A stretch of DNA of 64,000 nt. Source: Bacilli bacterium (GTDB taxonomy: Bacteria; Bacillota_I; Bacilli_A; RF39; UBA660). The stretch's first letter is position 1. Every line of letters starts with the position of its first letter. The stretch is taken from contig JAFQTN010000005.1 of the NCBI GenBank assembly GCA_017409025.1, positions 12,650-76,649 of the forward strand, given 5' to 3'. The notes under the pieces were generated by a model. That model was not told where the DNA came from. It did not search any database and worked only from the letters and a program-made list of their open reading frames with translations. Position numbers and translations under genes: made by a program. Shown one piece after another: positions 1 through 10,605 of the stretch.

Positions 1-72
1 CAGGAAAACAAGAAATATACTCTAAATTAATAGATAAATTAGAATTAAAATAATAGAAAGATAGGTGATATT

Positions 73-1386
73 ATGAAAATACCTTCAGTAGCCTTAGTAG
101 GTCGTCCTAACGTAGGTAAATCTACAATATTCAACAGATTAGTAGGTAAAAAAATATCTATAATTGAAGATACTCCAGGTGTAACTAGAGATAGAATCTA
201 TGGAGATGTAATCTATAAAAATTATAAATTTCACTTAATAGATACTGGTGGAATAGATGTAGGTCCAGAAAATTTTAACAAAGAAATTACTATTCAAGCA
301 TCACTTGCCATAGATGAAGCAGATATCATAGTATTTATCGTAGATGGCAAGGAAGAATTAAATAGAAATGACTTTGTAATAAGAGATATGCTAAAAAAAT
401 CAGGTAAAAAAGTAATTTTAGCAGTTAATAAAATAGATAATGATAAAAGAATGAATGATATTTATTCATTCTACGAATTAGGTTTTGATAATATCATCGC
501 TGTAAGTGGAGAACATAATATTGGAATATCTTCATTATTAGATGAAATTACTAAAGATTTTCATCCACAAGAAGAAGTAAATTTAATCGACAACAAAATC
601 AAATTCTGTGTAATTGGAAGACCTAATGTAGGGAAGAGTAGTCTAGTAAATGCCATTCTTAACGAAGAAAAAGCCATTGTTAGTAATGTGGCTGGAACTA
701 CCAGAGATGCTGTGGATACCCCATTTACATATGAAAAAGAAGAATACGTTATAATTGATACAGCAGGTATTAGAAAAAGCGGAAAAATATATGAAAATAT
801 AGAAAAATATAGTGTAATTAGAGCTATGAAAGCCATTGAAAGAAGTAATGTTTGTGTAGTTGTAATAAATGCAGAAGAAGGAATAATAGAACATGATAAG
901 CATATCGCAAGTTATGCTCTTGAAGCAGGTAAACCATTAGTCCTAGTAGTAAACAAATGGGATACGGTAGCAGATAAATTTAACATTGCAGAATATACTA
1001 AATTAATGAGAGCAGAATTTCAATTTTTATCGTATGTTCCAATCGTATTCTTATCAGCAAAAACTAAAAAAAGAATTCATACTTTAATGCCAGAAATTAA
1101 AAAAGTATATAATAATTCCATGAAAGAAGTTAAGACAAGTGTCTTAAATGATGTTATAAGAGATGCCGTAATTTTAAACCAACCACCTTCGTACAAAGGG
1201 AAACGATTAAAAATATATTTTGTATCTCAAAAAGGTGTAACTCCACCAAAATTCGTATTTAATGTAAATAGCAAAGGATTGGTTCATTTCTCTTATGAAC
1301 GTTATCTAGAAAATAAAATACGTGAATCATTTGACTTTGAAGGAACACCAATCCAAATAGAATTTAAAAATAGAAATGAAGAGTAG
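73..1386 (+). CDS. der: Ribosome-associated GTPase Der/EngA
   Basis: Two tandem GTPase domains, each with a GRPNVGKS(T/S) P-loop, DTGG/DTAG and NKID/NKWD motifs, plus a C-terminal KH-like tail. AGGTGA RBS upstream. Confidence 0.95.
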   Translation: MKIPSVALVGRPNVGKSTIFNRLVGKKISIIEDTPGVTRDRIYGDVIYKNYKFHLIDTGGIDVGPENFNKEITIQASLAIDEADIIVFIVDGKEELNRNDFVIRDMLKKSGKKVILAVNKIDNDKRMNDIYSFYELGFDNIIAVSGEHNIGISSLLDEITKDFHPQEEVNLIDNKIKFCVIGRPNVGKSSLVNAILNEEKAIVSNVAGTTRDAVDTPFTYEKEEYVIIDTAGIRKSGKIYENIEKYSVIRAMKAIERSNVCVVVINAEEGIIEHDKHIASYALEAGKPLVLVVNKWDTVADKFNIAEYTKLMRAEFQFLSYVPIVFLSAKTKKRIHTLMPEIKKVYNNSMKEVKTSVLNDVIRDAVILNQPPSYKGKRLKIYFVSQKGVTPPKFVFNVNSKGLVHFSYERYLENKIRESFDFEGTPIQIEFKNRNEE

Positions 1387-1485
1387 GTTAGTAATAAAAA
1401 CCACTCTTTTTTTATGGCCAGAATATAATCTTGATTAACTAATGAATAAGTGCTAGAATAATCATCATCAATGGGAGGTAATGGT

Positions 1486-2619
1486 ATGAAAACAGAATCA
1501 GAAGTCTATAATGAGGTGTTAAATTATATAAAAAGTGATAAACACAACCGTCCATGTACATTACAAAGTATAAAAAAAATACTAAGAAGTCAAAGAATAG
1601 TAGATCTAATATTTTCCAGACCAGACATATTTAAACTAGAATCAGAATTTAAACATGTGCCTACGGAGTGCATGACAGAAAATGTTTTAGTAAAATTTGT
1701 ATTAGCTAATTCAGATAATTTTAATCAGTTAGATGAATCTTTACAAGCAATTCCAGTTTTAGTGGCATTTGAATTTGCAAAACGTCGAGAAGAGCGCTTC
1801 TCTAGAGCGTGGTGGGGTCCATACTACGAAAGAAAACCATACACAGGAAAAATGCTTGAATATAGAGATGCTATATCAAATATATGTGACCAAGTTTTAA
1901 AAACAATATCACCAAATCCGGATGAAAGTTATATATTACGTGATTATTTAAAATATATTGAAATAGCAAGCAAACAAATATTAGAATATTGTAATTCCTT
2001 AAATCAAGAATTACAAAAAGAAGAAAAATATACAGCAAAATATTTTGGAGTTAGTTTTGACACTGATGAAAGAATTTTTATATTTGTATCAGGTCGCCCG
2101 GACACAGGAAAAACATCATTTTCTAACATTTTAGCAAGTCGTATTTGTAATTCCGTTCACCTTGACTCTGATGTGTTGTTAGAAAGAAACTTAATATGCG
2201 CACCATTAGATAGTCTCCTGTCAAGCGACACAAAAGTTGTTATTTTTTCTGATATATATGCTGATCGTTTCTTTAAAAAAGAAGAATTAGGAGAAGCCAA
2301 AGTAATCAATATATTAATGGAACCCGTCTCTATTGAAGCTATGCATAGAAATTCAAAGTACATGTCACGAATTCCGTTTGAAGAATACAAAAGACATGAA
2401 ATAGATAAAATCAGATATGACAACTTGGAAAACCCAATAATAGTTACTAATAATTATAGTGGTACAATAGCGAAGGAAGCAGACAAAGCTCTAGAAGAAA
2501 TCTCTCAAAGATTAGAGGTAGCACTATTATCAAAGCAACCAGATGTAATAATAGGTGAAGTAAATTCAACACCATTAAAAAAGATGCTTAAACCAATATA
2601 CACTCCAAGTAAAAATTAA
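1486..2619 (+). CDS. Hypothetical P-loop NTPase/kinase-like protein with an unknown ~190-aa N-terminal domain
   Basis: Walker A GRPDTGKTS and Walker B-like VVIFSD. GGGAGGT RBS sits before the ATG at 1486, so the track start at 1471 is less likely. No family recognised. Confidence 0.6.
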   Translation: MKTESEVYNEVLNYIKSDKHNRPCTLQSIKKILRSQRIVDLIFSRPDIFKLESEFKHVPTECMTENVLVKFVLANSDNFNQLDESLQAIPVLVAFEFAKRREERFSRAWWGPYYERKPYTGKMLEYRDAISNICDQVLKTISPNPDESYILRDYLKYIEIASKQILEYCNSLNQELQKEEKYTAKYFGVSFDTDERIFIFVSGRPDTGKTSFSNILASRICNSVHLDSDVLLERNLICAPLDSLLSSDTKVVIFSDIYADRFFKKEELGEAKVINILMEPVSIEAMHRNSKYMSRIPFEEYKRHEIDKIRYDNLENPIIVTNNYSGTIAKEADKALEEISQRLEVALLSKQPDVIIGEVNSTPLKKMLKPIYTPSKN

Positions 2620-2716
2620 CTCATAGCAAGTAATTAAAATCCTTCGTGTAAATATTTAATAATTAAGTTTAAATAAATTAAAATCAATTACATATACTAT
2701 TACATAAGGAGGAATA

Positions 2717-2962
2717 ATGGGTTTTTCAGATAGTTTTTTTAAGAAAGTAGAAAAAAAGACAAAAGTTAATAAAGAAACTATTATTTCATTAGCAAACAAA
2801 CTACAAAATGGTAATATGAAAGATGAAAAAACACTAAAAGAAGTAATAAGTACATTATCAGAAATGACAGGTAGACCAGTATCGAAAGAACAAGAAGAAA
2901 AAATAATTAACGCCGTAGTAAATGATCAAGTTCCAAAAGATTTAGATAAATATTATAATTAA
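2717..2962 (+). CDS. Small sporulation protein, SpoVIF-like
   Basis: The 81-aa protein (FFKKVEKKTKV...LANKLQNGNMKDEKTLKEVI...) resembles B. subtilis SpoVIF as recalled from memory. AGGAGG RBS upstream and a terminator hairpin at about 2962-2985. Confidence 0.5.
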   Translation: MGFSDSFFKKVEKKTKVNKETIISLANKLQNGNMKDEKTLKEVISTLSEMTGRPVSKEQEEKIINAVVNDQVPKDLDKYYN

Positions 2963-3087
2963 ACTTCGAAAGAAGTTTTTTTATATATAAACACATAAAT
3001 TAAAAAGTATAGGAATATAATTACTAAAATTCACATAAATACTTGAAATTGTTATGTAAAATGCAAAAAAATCTTTACTTTAAAAAA

Positions 3088-3162
3088 ATAATTTGCTATA
3101 ATACTCCGTGAGCGAAAGCTCCTTGCCTGAAAAGGCCATAAGACCATAAGGAGGTGTACTAA
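3088..3162 (+). promoter_or_regulatory. rpsF promoter (extended -10 TGCTATAAT) and structured 5' leader
   Basis: TGcTATAAT at 3093-3101. The leader has two small hairpins, GAGC-GAAA-GCTC and GCC-TGAAAA-GGC. It may be the S6:S18-binding autoregulatory leader. Confidence 0.35.
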
Positions 3163-3453
3163 ATGAGAAAGTATGAAATAATGTTCATAGTAAGACCTGA
3201 TTTAGAAGAAAACGCAGTTAAAGAAACAGTTAAGAAACTAGAAAAGATTTTAACTGATAACAAAGCAGTAATTACTTTATCAAAAGAACTAGGTCAAAAA
3301 GAATTTGCATATGAAATCAAAGGATTCAAATCTGGATTCTACTACTTATATAACATTGATTCATCAAAAGATACAGCAATTAAAGAATTTGATAGAATTG
3401 CAAATATCGATGAAGCAGTAGTAAGACATTTAATATTAAATGTTGAAAAGTAG
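3163..3453 (+). CDS. rpsF: 30S ribosomal protein S6
   Basis: MRKYEIMFIVRPDL... is a typical S6 N-terminus. Conserved rpsF-ssb-rpsR order. Confidence 0.95.
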   Translation: MRKYEIMFIVRPDLEENAVKETVKKLEKILTDNKAVITLSKELGQKEFAYEIKGFKSGFYYLYNIDSSKDTAIKEFDRIANIDEAVVRHLILNVEK

Positions 3454-3461
3454 GAGGAAAT

Positions 3462-3923
3462 ATGAATAAAGTATTTTTGATAGGAAGATTATCAAGAGAT
3501 CCTGAGTTAAGACATACAACATCAGGAACTGCAGTTTGTCAAATTAATGTTGCTATCAGCAGACCTGTATCACAAGGTACAGAACCACAAACTGATTTTA
3601 TCAACGTAACAGTATGGAACAAACAAGCAGAAAACGTAGCAAAATACCTTGCAAAAGGAAGACAAATTGCTGTCGAAGGAAGAATTCAAACAAGAAATTA
3701 TGATAATAATGAAGGTAAGAAAACTTATGTCACTGAAGTAATTGCTAGCAATGTAGAATTTTTAGGTTCAGCAAATGACAATAATAGAGTAGTTAATAAC
3801 GAAAATCTTAATGAAAATCCATTTGACTCAGAACCTGTAATGGATACAACATCAGTAGATAACGATCCATTCGCTAGTTTCGGAGAAAAAGTAGAAATAA
3901 GTGATAGCGAGTTACCTTTCTAA
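3462..3923 (+). CDS. ssb: Single-stranded DNA-binding protein
   Basis: OB-fold N-terminus MNKVFLIGRLSRDPELR and an acidic C-terminal tip DSELPF. Confidence 0.95.
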   Translation: MNKVFLIGRLSRDPELRHTTSGTAVCQINVAISRPVSQGTEPQTDFINVTVWNKQAENVAKYLAKGRQIAVEGRIQTRNYDNNEGKKTYVTEVIASNVEFLGSANDNNRVVNNENLNENPFDSEPVMDTTSVDNDPFASFGEKVEISDSELPF

Positions 3924-3940
3924 AAAAGGAGGAACAAAAA

Positions 3941-4159
3941 ATGGCAGAATTTCGTAAGAAAAGAAAAAAAGTATGCTATATGTGTATTGGAAAAAATGTT
4001 GATTACAAAGATGTAAATGTAATCACTAAATATATAAATGACAGCGGTAAAATTTTACCAAGAAGATTTACTGGAACATGCGCTAGACACCAAAGACACG
4101 TAGCAGAACAAGTTAAATTAGCAAGATTCATGGGATTTATACCATATACAACTAAATAG
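3941..4159 (+). CDS. rpsR: 30S ribosomal protein S18
   Basis: Length, the ITKYINDSGKILPRRFTG motif and operon context. Confidence 0.95.
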   Translation: MAEFRKKRKKVCYMCIGKNVDYKDVNVITKYINDSGKILPRRFTGTCARHQRHVAEQVKLARFMGFIPYTTK

Positions 4160-4207
4160 ATATAACCATATCTATTTTTTTAAATAAAGAAAGAAGGTAG
4201 GAATAAA

Positions 4208-4645
4208 ATGAAAGTAATATTTATTAAAGACTTAAAAAAACAAGGGAAAGTAAATGAAATAAAAGAAGTGTCAGATGGCTATGCAATAAATTTTCTAATC
4301 AAAAATGGTTATGCAGTAAAATATACTAAAACAAGCAACGAAATACTAAATACTAATCTTAAAAATAAAGCTATTGAAGAAGAAAAAAATATTGAAGAAG
4401 CTAATAAACTAAAAAAAGAATTAGAAAAATTAGAATTAACATTTAGTGTAAAAGCAGGAAAAGATGGACGTACATTTGGCACAATTTCTACCAAACAAAT
4501 AGCACAAAATTTAAATGAATTAGGACATAAAATTGATAAAAAACAAATAAAAGAAGAATTACCACTAAATGTTTTAGGTACACACTATGTTAAAATTGCT
4601 CTACATAAAAAAGTAGAATGTGAATTAAAGGTAGTATTAAAATAA
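4208..4645 (+). CDS. rplI: 50S ribosomal protein L9
   Basis: [30 protein letters not shown] is a typical L9 N-terminal domain. Terminator hairpin follows at about 4647-4672. Confidence 0.95.
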   Translation: MKVIFIKDLKKQGKVNEIKEVSDGYAINFLIKNGYAVKYTKTSNEILNTNLKNKAIEEEKNIEEANKLKKELEKLELTFSVKAGKDGRTFGTISTKQIAQNLNELGHKIDKKQIKEELPLNVLGTHYVKIALHKKVECELKVVLK

Positions 4646-4770
4646 TGGTTTAGATGAAAATCTAACCATTTTTTCTTTTAATATTAACTTATATTTAATG
4701 ACATATTTCTTATTTTATAGTATAATTACTTATAAGAAGAAAAGAAAAAATATGCGAAGTAGGTGAATTT

Positions 4771-6117
4771 ATGAACAAAGGATTACCTAATAATATAGAT
4801 GCTGAAAAAGCTCTTATTGGATCATTGTTTTGGTCAAAAGCATCCCTTCAAAAAGGATGTGAAGAAGTAGAGCCTGAATTTTTCTACTTAGATAGTAATG
4901 CTAAAATATTTGAAACAATAAAAGATTTATACAATAGACACGATCCAGTAGATGTAAATACTATAACAACAGAATTAGTTGCTAAAAACATCTTAAATCA
5001 AGTAGGTGGAGTAGAATACCTATCTGAAATAATAAATAGCGTAGCAACAGGCGCTAATATAGAATATTATATAAATTCAGTAGCAGAAAAATATACTTTA
5101 AGAAGACTAATCGAAGCGGCAACAAAAATAGAAAAGCATGCTAATGAATCTGAACCTGATGTATCAGCCTTAGTAGAATTAGCAGAAAAAGAAATATTTA
5201 ATGTTGGTAAAACTAGAAGAACAAGTGAATTTAGAAAAATCCAAGATGTTTTAGTAAAAACACAAGAGGATATTGAATTATTAGTAAAAAATAAAGGCAA
5301 AGTAACAGGACTAACATATGGATTAAGAGATCTTGATAATATAACTGAAGGTATGCATCCATCACAATTAATAATCATTGCCGCGCGTCCTGCCGTAGGT
5401 AAAACAGCATTTGCTCTTAATATAGCAACTGCTGCAGCTAAAGCTACTAAGAAAAACGTTGCTATATTCTCACTAGAAATGCCCGCAGAACAATTAGTTC
5501 TAAGAATGATTAGTTCTCTAGGACAAGTAGATAATAAAAAGTTGCAAACAGGTAGATTAGAAAGTGAAGATTATCGTAGATTAAATGAGGCTATGAGCCA
5601 ATTAGCAGATACAAATATATTCTTCCACGATGGAACTGCTACTACTGCAAGTGAAATTCAAGCGAAATGTAGAAGACTATCAACTCAAGGTGAAGGTCTA
5701 GGATTAGTAGTAATCGACTACTTACAATTAATTGATTCATCTGGAAAATATCAGGGTGCAAGACAACAAGAAATATCTGAAATATCAAGAAAATTAAAAA
5801 CAATGGCTCTAGACTTAAATGTTCCGGTAATAGCATTATCACAATTATCAAGAAGTGTTGAAAAAAGAGAAGATAAAAAACCGGTATTGAGTGACCTAAG
5901 AGAATCTGGTGCTATTGAACAAGATGCCGATATCGTAGCAGCACTTCATGCTCCAGATGTCGAAGTCCCTGTTACAGACGATTCAATTCCGGCACCAATT
6001 CAGTTAATACTATTAAAGCATCGTAATGGACCAACAGCTACTATTGATATGTTATTTAAAAAGAAAACATCAACTTTCTTATCGCTTAAAAAGGATGGAG
6101 GTCCTAATGAAAACTAA
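4771..6117 (+). CDS. dnaB: Replicative DNA helicase (DnaB family)
   Basis: Walker A ARPAVGKTAF, VIDYLQLI, and RESGAIEQDAD motifs. Position after rplI. Confidence 0.95.
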   Translation: MNKGLPNNIDAEKALIGSLFWSKASLQKGCEEVEPEFFYLDSNAKIFETIKDLYNRHDPVDVNTITTELVAKNILNQVGGVEYLSEIINSVATGANIEYYINSVAEKYTLRRLIEAATKIEKHANESEPDVSALVELAEKEIFNVGKTRRTSEFRKIQDVLVKTQEDIELLVKNKGKVTGLTYGLRDLDNITEGMHPSQLIIIAARPAVGKTAFALNIATAAAKATKKNVAIFSLEMPAEQLVLRMISSLGQVDNKKLQTGRLESEDYRRLNEAMSQLADTNIFFHDGTATTASEIQAKCRRLSTQGEGLGLVVIDYLQLIDSSGKYQGARQQEISEISRKLKTMALDLNVPVIALSQLSRSVEKREDKKPVLSDLRESGAIEQDADIVAALHAPDVEVPVTDDSIPAPIQLILLKHRNGPTATIDMLFKKKTSTFLSLKKDGGPNEN

Positions 6118-7636
6118 AAAGAATAAATTGACATTCAGTATAATACTAGTAGTGATATTATCTCTATCAAGCCTTCTTCTAGTAGGATTTGGTATAACTA
6201 AAAATAAAACACCAAATGAGATGTATGCTGTCTATTTAGATGGAAACAAAATAGGAACAGTAAAAAGTCAAGAAGATTTTAATGAATATATAAATAAACA
6301 AGAAGAAAAGTTAAAAAAACAATATGATGTCGAAGAAATATATACTCCAAAGGGAGTAGAAATAAAAAAAGTAATTACATATAATAATAAAACTAATACT
6401 AATGAAGAAATATATAGAAATCTAGTATCATCAGAAAATTTCACAATCAAAGGTGTAGTTATTGAAATTGAAAAAGAAACAGAAGAGGAAGAAGAAACAG
6501 AAAAAGAAGTTTTAACAATAAATTTATTAAATAAAGAAATGTTTGATGAAGCAATAGTTGAAATAATAAAAGCATATGTAGATGATGAAGAATATGAAGC
6601 TTTTATGACATCTACTCAAGAACCAATCGTAGATACAGGTGAATTAATCGAAGATATTTATATTAAAGAAAATGTAACCTATAAAGAAAGTTACATACCA
6701 ACTAATGAAAAAATATTCACTGATGTAGATGAACTAAAAATGTATTTGATGTATGGAAATACAGAAAAACAAAATACATATATTGTAAAAGAAGGAGATA
6801 CAATAGAAAGTGTCGCAGAAAAAAATAAACTTAACGTTCAAGAATTCTTGATAGCTAATCCAGATTTTACTAGTGCAAATAATTTATTATATGAATCGCA
6901 AGAAGTTGTAGTAGGCTTAATCAACCCATTAATAAATATAGTTGTAGAAAAGCACTCTGTACAAGAAGAAGTTCAAAGTTATACTACAGAAATTAAATAT
7001 GATGATACATTGATTATAGGTTATTCATATGTTGAAAGAGAAGGGGAAAATGGTCTAGATAAAGTAACTAGAAAAATTCAATACATTAACGGACAAGCAG
7101 TAGATGTAGCCTTAGTAGGAAGCGTTGAAATTAAACCATCGGTTAGTAAAATTTTAGTCAAAGGAGACAAGTATGTTCCAAATGTAGCTGATTTATCTTA
7201 TTGGGCATGGCCGACAAAAAAACCATATTCAATTACTTCAAGTTATGGATGGAGATGGGGAGAATTCCATGATGCTCTTGATATATATGTATCGTATGGA
7301 TCTCCAATTTATGCAGCGAATAATGGTACAGTATATAAGGCAGGAACTGGATGTGTAGCTGGAAACTTATCTTGCAATGGAAGACAAGGAAACTTTGTTA
7401 TAATTAATCACAATATTGGAGGGTATTATACAATATACATGCACCTTAAAGAAGTTTATGTAAAAACAGGTCAAACGGTAGAAAGAGGCCAAAAAATAGG
7501 AACAATGGGTAACACCGGAAATGTATACCCCGTACCAACAAAATCTAGTCCATATAAAGGAACTCACTTACACTTTAGTGTAAGAGTAGGGGCACCTTAT
7601 GGTTCACATATAAATCCTCAAAGATTATATTGGTGA
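6107..7636 (+). CDS. Membrane-anchored LysM/G5-domain M23 peptidoglycan metalloendopeptidase
   Basis: GGAGGT RBS before the ATG at 6107, overlapping the dnaB stop. N-terminal TM segment, LysM-like YIVKEGDTIESVAEKNKLNVQEF, a G5-like segment, and M23 motifs HDALDI and HLHFSV. Confidence 0.8.
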   Translation: MKTKKNKLTFSIILVVILSLSSLLLVGFGITKNKTPNEMYAVYLDGNKIGTVKSQEDFNEYINKQEEKLKKQYDVEEIYTPKGVEIKKVITYNNKTNTNEEIYRNLVSSENFTIKGVVIEIEKETEEEEETEKEVLTINLLNKEMFDEAIVEIIKAYVDDEEYEAFMTSTQEPIVDTGELIEDIYIKENVTYKESYIPTNEKIFTDVDELKMYLMYGNTEKQNTYIVKEGDTIESVAEKNKLNVQEFLIANPDFTSANNLLYESQEVVVGLINPLINIVVEKHSVQEEVQSYTTEIKYDDTLIIGYSYVEREGENGLDKVTRKIQYINGQAVDVALVGSVEIKPSVSKILVKGDKYVPNVADLSYWAWPTKKPYSITSSYGWRWGEFHDALDIYVSYGSPIYAANNGTVYKAGTGCVAGNLSCNGRQGNFVIINHNIGGYYTIYMHLKEVYVKTGQTVERGQKIGTMGNTGNVYPVPTKSSPYKGTHLHFSVRVGAPYGSHINPQRLYW

Positions 7637-8391
7637 AGTTTAGCGTTTTATCATCCGGTAGCAAAGGAAACACTACCTATATTGAAACTAAAAAAACAAA
7701 AATATTAATAGATATTGGCAATAGTTCAAAATATGTAAAGGAAAAATTAGAGGAATTAAAAGTTAACCCATATGAATTAGATGCAATTCTTATTACACAT
7801 ACGCATATTGATCATATAAAAGGATTGCGTACATTTCAAAAAAAATATAACATACCAGTTTATATAACTGAAAAAATGTATCCGGAAATGGAATATTTAG
7901 AGAATTATCATGTAATAAAAGAAGAAACAATAAATATAAAAGATATGTCTATTAAAGTAATAAAAACATCGCATGATACCAATGATTCAGTAGGATACAT
8001 CATAAATAATAAAGACAAATCTATTGTCTATATAACAGATACAGGATATATAAATAGAAAATATTTTGATGCACTAAAAAATAAAGATGTTTATATAATG
8101 GAAAGTAATCATGATGTAGAAATGTTAAATAATAGTTCATATCCATTTGCCTTAAGACAAAGAATATTATCTGATAAAGGACATTTATCGAATTATGATT
8201 CAGCTAAGTATTTATCAAAATTTATTGGAGATAAGACTAAATATATCTTATTAGCTCACTTATCCGAAGAAAATAATACTAAAGAACTAGCTTATGAAAC
8301 CCTAGTTGATAGACTAACCAAAGAAAATCTTAAAGTAGATAATATAATAATAACCAAACAAAATAAAGAAACTGAATTTATAAATATTTAA
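7630..8391 (+). CDS. MBL-fold metallo-hydrolase, YycJ/WalJ-like
   Basis: HTHIDH motif and an FSVLSSGSKGN N-terminus like YycJ. Start is TTG at 7630 or GTG at 7633, overlapping the upstream stop. Confidence 0.8.
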   Translation: MVKFSVLSSGSKGNTTYIETKKTKILIDIGNSSKYVKEKLEELKVNPYELDAILITHTHIDHIKGLRTFQKKYNIPVYITEKMYPEMEYLENYHVIKEETINIKDMSIKVIKTSHDTNDSVGYIINNKDKSIVYITDTGYINRKYFDALKNKDVYIMESNHDVEMLNNSSYPFALRQRILSDKGHLSNYDSAKYLSKFIGDKTKYILLAHLSEENNTKELAYETLVDRLTKENLKVDNIIITKQNKETEFINI

Positions 8392-8424
8392 TTCAGTTTC
8401 TTTTTGGTCTAATTTATATAGTTT

Positions 8425-9165
8425 TTAAACTCTTTCTTTACCACAATTTGGACAAAATCTAACATTATTATCTAATTTAGTTCCGCAATTTCCACAAAAA
8501 GAAAATTGTTGTGCATGAGTATCGGTTATATTTTGTTGTGTACTGCTAGTTTCATCGTTATTAACAAAATTATTTTGCACTGGCGATGATTGACTGTTAT
8601 TTACAGTATTGTTATACATTGGTTGCGCATTATTAGTATTTTGATAAGCATAGTTAACATTATCATTAGTAGTATTAGATTCTGTAGGTGCAAAAACACC
8701 ATTATTGCTAACTGGAACATTATTATAAACATTATTCTTTGAAAAACCTAATATAGGAATACATATCGGTGTAAATAAAGTTAAACATACTGCAAAACCA
8801 GTTCCCTTATTAAATTTCTTTGAAATATTATAATAACAATTAAATACAGCAAATAAGTAAGCTAAACTACCTAGCCATGCCAATCCAATAACCCCGAGTA
8901 CTAAAGGTGCAAAAAAGAATAAGAACCACCACCAGTTAAGACCAGAGATTTCTACTAAAACCCAGTTACAGTAAAACGGAACAATAGCCTCCCATCCACC
9001 TTTTCCCGATTTTTTAAACACTTTCCATAATCCGATTATTTGTATAATGTAAACAGCCAAACTAATAAGTATTGCAATTAAACCTATTATTGCAATTCCA
9101 CCTAAAAGCCCGAAAGCTGCATCATAGTCAGTATACCCATAATCAGTATATCCATAATAATCCAT
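8425..9165 (-). CDS. DUF5684-like membrane protein with C-terminal zinc ribbon
   Basis: GLWKVFKKSGKGGWEAIVPFY core motif, an N/Q-rich linker, and a CGNCG...CPNCG ribbon. AGGAG RBS supports the start at 9165 rather than 9219. Confidence 0.6.
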   Translation of the reverse strand: MDYYGYTDYGYTDYDAAFGLLGGIAIIGLIAILISLAVYIIQIIGLWKVFKKSGKGGWEAIVPFYCNWVLVEISGLNWWWFLFFFAPLVLGVIGLAWLGSLAYLFAVFNCYYNISKKFNKGTGFAVCLTLFTPICIPILGFSKNNVYNNVPVSNNGVFAPTESNTTNDNVNYAYQNTNNAQPMYNNTVNNSQSSPVQNNFVNNDETSSTQQNITDTHAQQFSFCGNCGTKLDNNVRFCPNCGKERV

Positions 9166-9330
9166 AATAAACTCCTTTCCTATGTTAATTATATAATATA
9201 AGTAAAAAAATTCAAACAAATATCGATAAAATTATCAAAAGATTAAAAATCTTGCATTTTAAAAAATAATATGGTATGGTATAGATGAACCAAAATAGTA
9301 TAAATTCATAAAATATACAAGGAGGAACTT

Positions 9331-10584
9331 ATGCCTAAAATAAAGATAGAGGGTGGACACCAATTAACAGGTACAATTACAGTGTCTGGCGCAAAAAATA
9401 GTGTAGTTGCCCTTATACCAGCAGCTATCCTTTGTGATGAAAAAGTAAAAATAAGTAACGTTCCAAATATAACAGACGTAAACGACTTAGAAAATATCCT
9501 AGATCACTTAAATGCCACAACAGTAAGAAAAGATGGAACTATTGAAATAAATTCTAGTGATATTATAAATAAAGAAATTACATATGAACTATCTAAAAAA
9601 CTAAGAGCATCATATTATTTTATGGGAGCTTTATTAGGTAGATTTAAAAAAGTAGATATGTATTTCCCAGGAGGATGTGCTATTGGAGCAAGACCAATAA
9701 ATCTTCATTTAAAAGGATTTGAACTACTAGGAGCTAAAATAACTGAAGAAGATAATCATTTTATTATTGAAGCAGATAAATTAAAAGGAAATAATATATA
9801 TCTAGATTTTCCAAGTGTAGGAGCTACTATTAATATTATGCTAGCAGCAGTAAAAGCTAAAGGGAAAACAATTATCGATAATGCAGCTCAAGAACCAGAA
9901 ATAGTAAATATAGCAACATTCCTAAATAATATGGGCGCTAAAATAAAAGGAGCAGGAACTAGTACTATAACTATAATTGGAGTAAAATACTTACACAGTT
10001 GCTTCCATGAAGTAATTCCTGACCGTATTGAAGCTGGTACATATCTAATAATAGGGGCACTTTTAGGAAAAAAATTAAAAATAGCTAATATGATCCCTAA
10101 TCATCTAGAAGCCTTAATAGCCAAACTTACTGAAGCAGGAGTAGATATGGAAATAGGCATAGATAATATTATTATAAACGAAGTAAAAGATTATAAAGCA
10201 GTCGATATTAAAACACTAGTATATCCAGGATTTGCAACAGACTTACAACAAGTAATGGCAACATTCTTAACACAGTGCAAAGGGAAATCTTTAATAGAAG
10301 AAACAATCTACGAAAATAGATTCCAAAATCTATTGAGACTTGAGAAAATGGGGGCTGAGTTTAAAATTGCCCCAGATAATAGAATTGCAGTAATTAAAGG
10401 AAAAGCAAAACTAAAAGGAACTTATGTGGATGCAACAGACTTAAGAGGAGGAGCCTCTCTTCTAGTAGCAGGTCTAATAGCTGAAGGAGAAACTACTATT
10501 GATAATATCTCTTATATATTAAGAGGATATGATCAAATAATAGAAAAATTAACTGAAGTTGGTGCTAAAATAGAAATAATTTAA
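9331..10584 (+). CDS. murA: UDP-N-acetylglucosamine 1-carboxyvinyltransferase
   Basis: Full-length MurA pattern: SGAKNS, the active-site loop PGGCAIGARPI, and DLRGGASL. Confidence 0.95.
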   Translation: MPKIKIEGGHQLTGTITVSGAKNSVVALIPAAILCDEKVKISNVPNITDVNDLENILDHLNATTVRKDGTIEINSSDIINKEITYELSKKLRASYYFMGALLGRFKKVDMYFPGGCAIGARPINLHLKGFELLGAKITEEDNHFIIEADKLKGNNIYLDFPSVGATINIMLAAVKAKGKTIIDNAAQEPEIVNIATFLNNMGAKIKGAGTSTITIIGVKYLHSCFHEVIPDRIEAGTYLIIGALLGKKLKIANMIPNHLEALIAKLTEAGVDMEIGIDNIIINEVKDYKAVDIKTLVYPGFATDLQQVMATFLTQCKGKSLIEETIYENRFQNLLRLEKMGAEFKIAPDNRIAVIKGKAKLKGTYVDATDLRGGASLLVAGLIAEGETTIDNISYILRGYDQIIEKLTEVGAKIEII

Positions 10585-10605
10585 TATTATTAAGTAGTGA
10601 TAACT

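Noticed and set aside
6026-6106. Upstream extension of the M23/LysM gene (track start 6026) overlapping dnaB by ~90 nt
   Set aside because: The extension encodes an implausible peptide inside dnaB. A GGAGGT RBS precedes the ATG at 6107, which is followed by a normal signal-anchor sequence.
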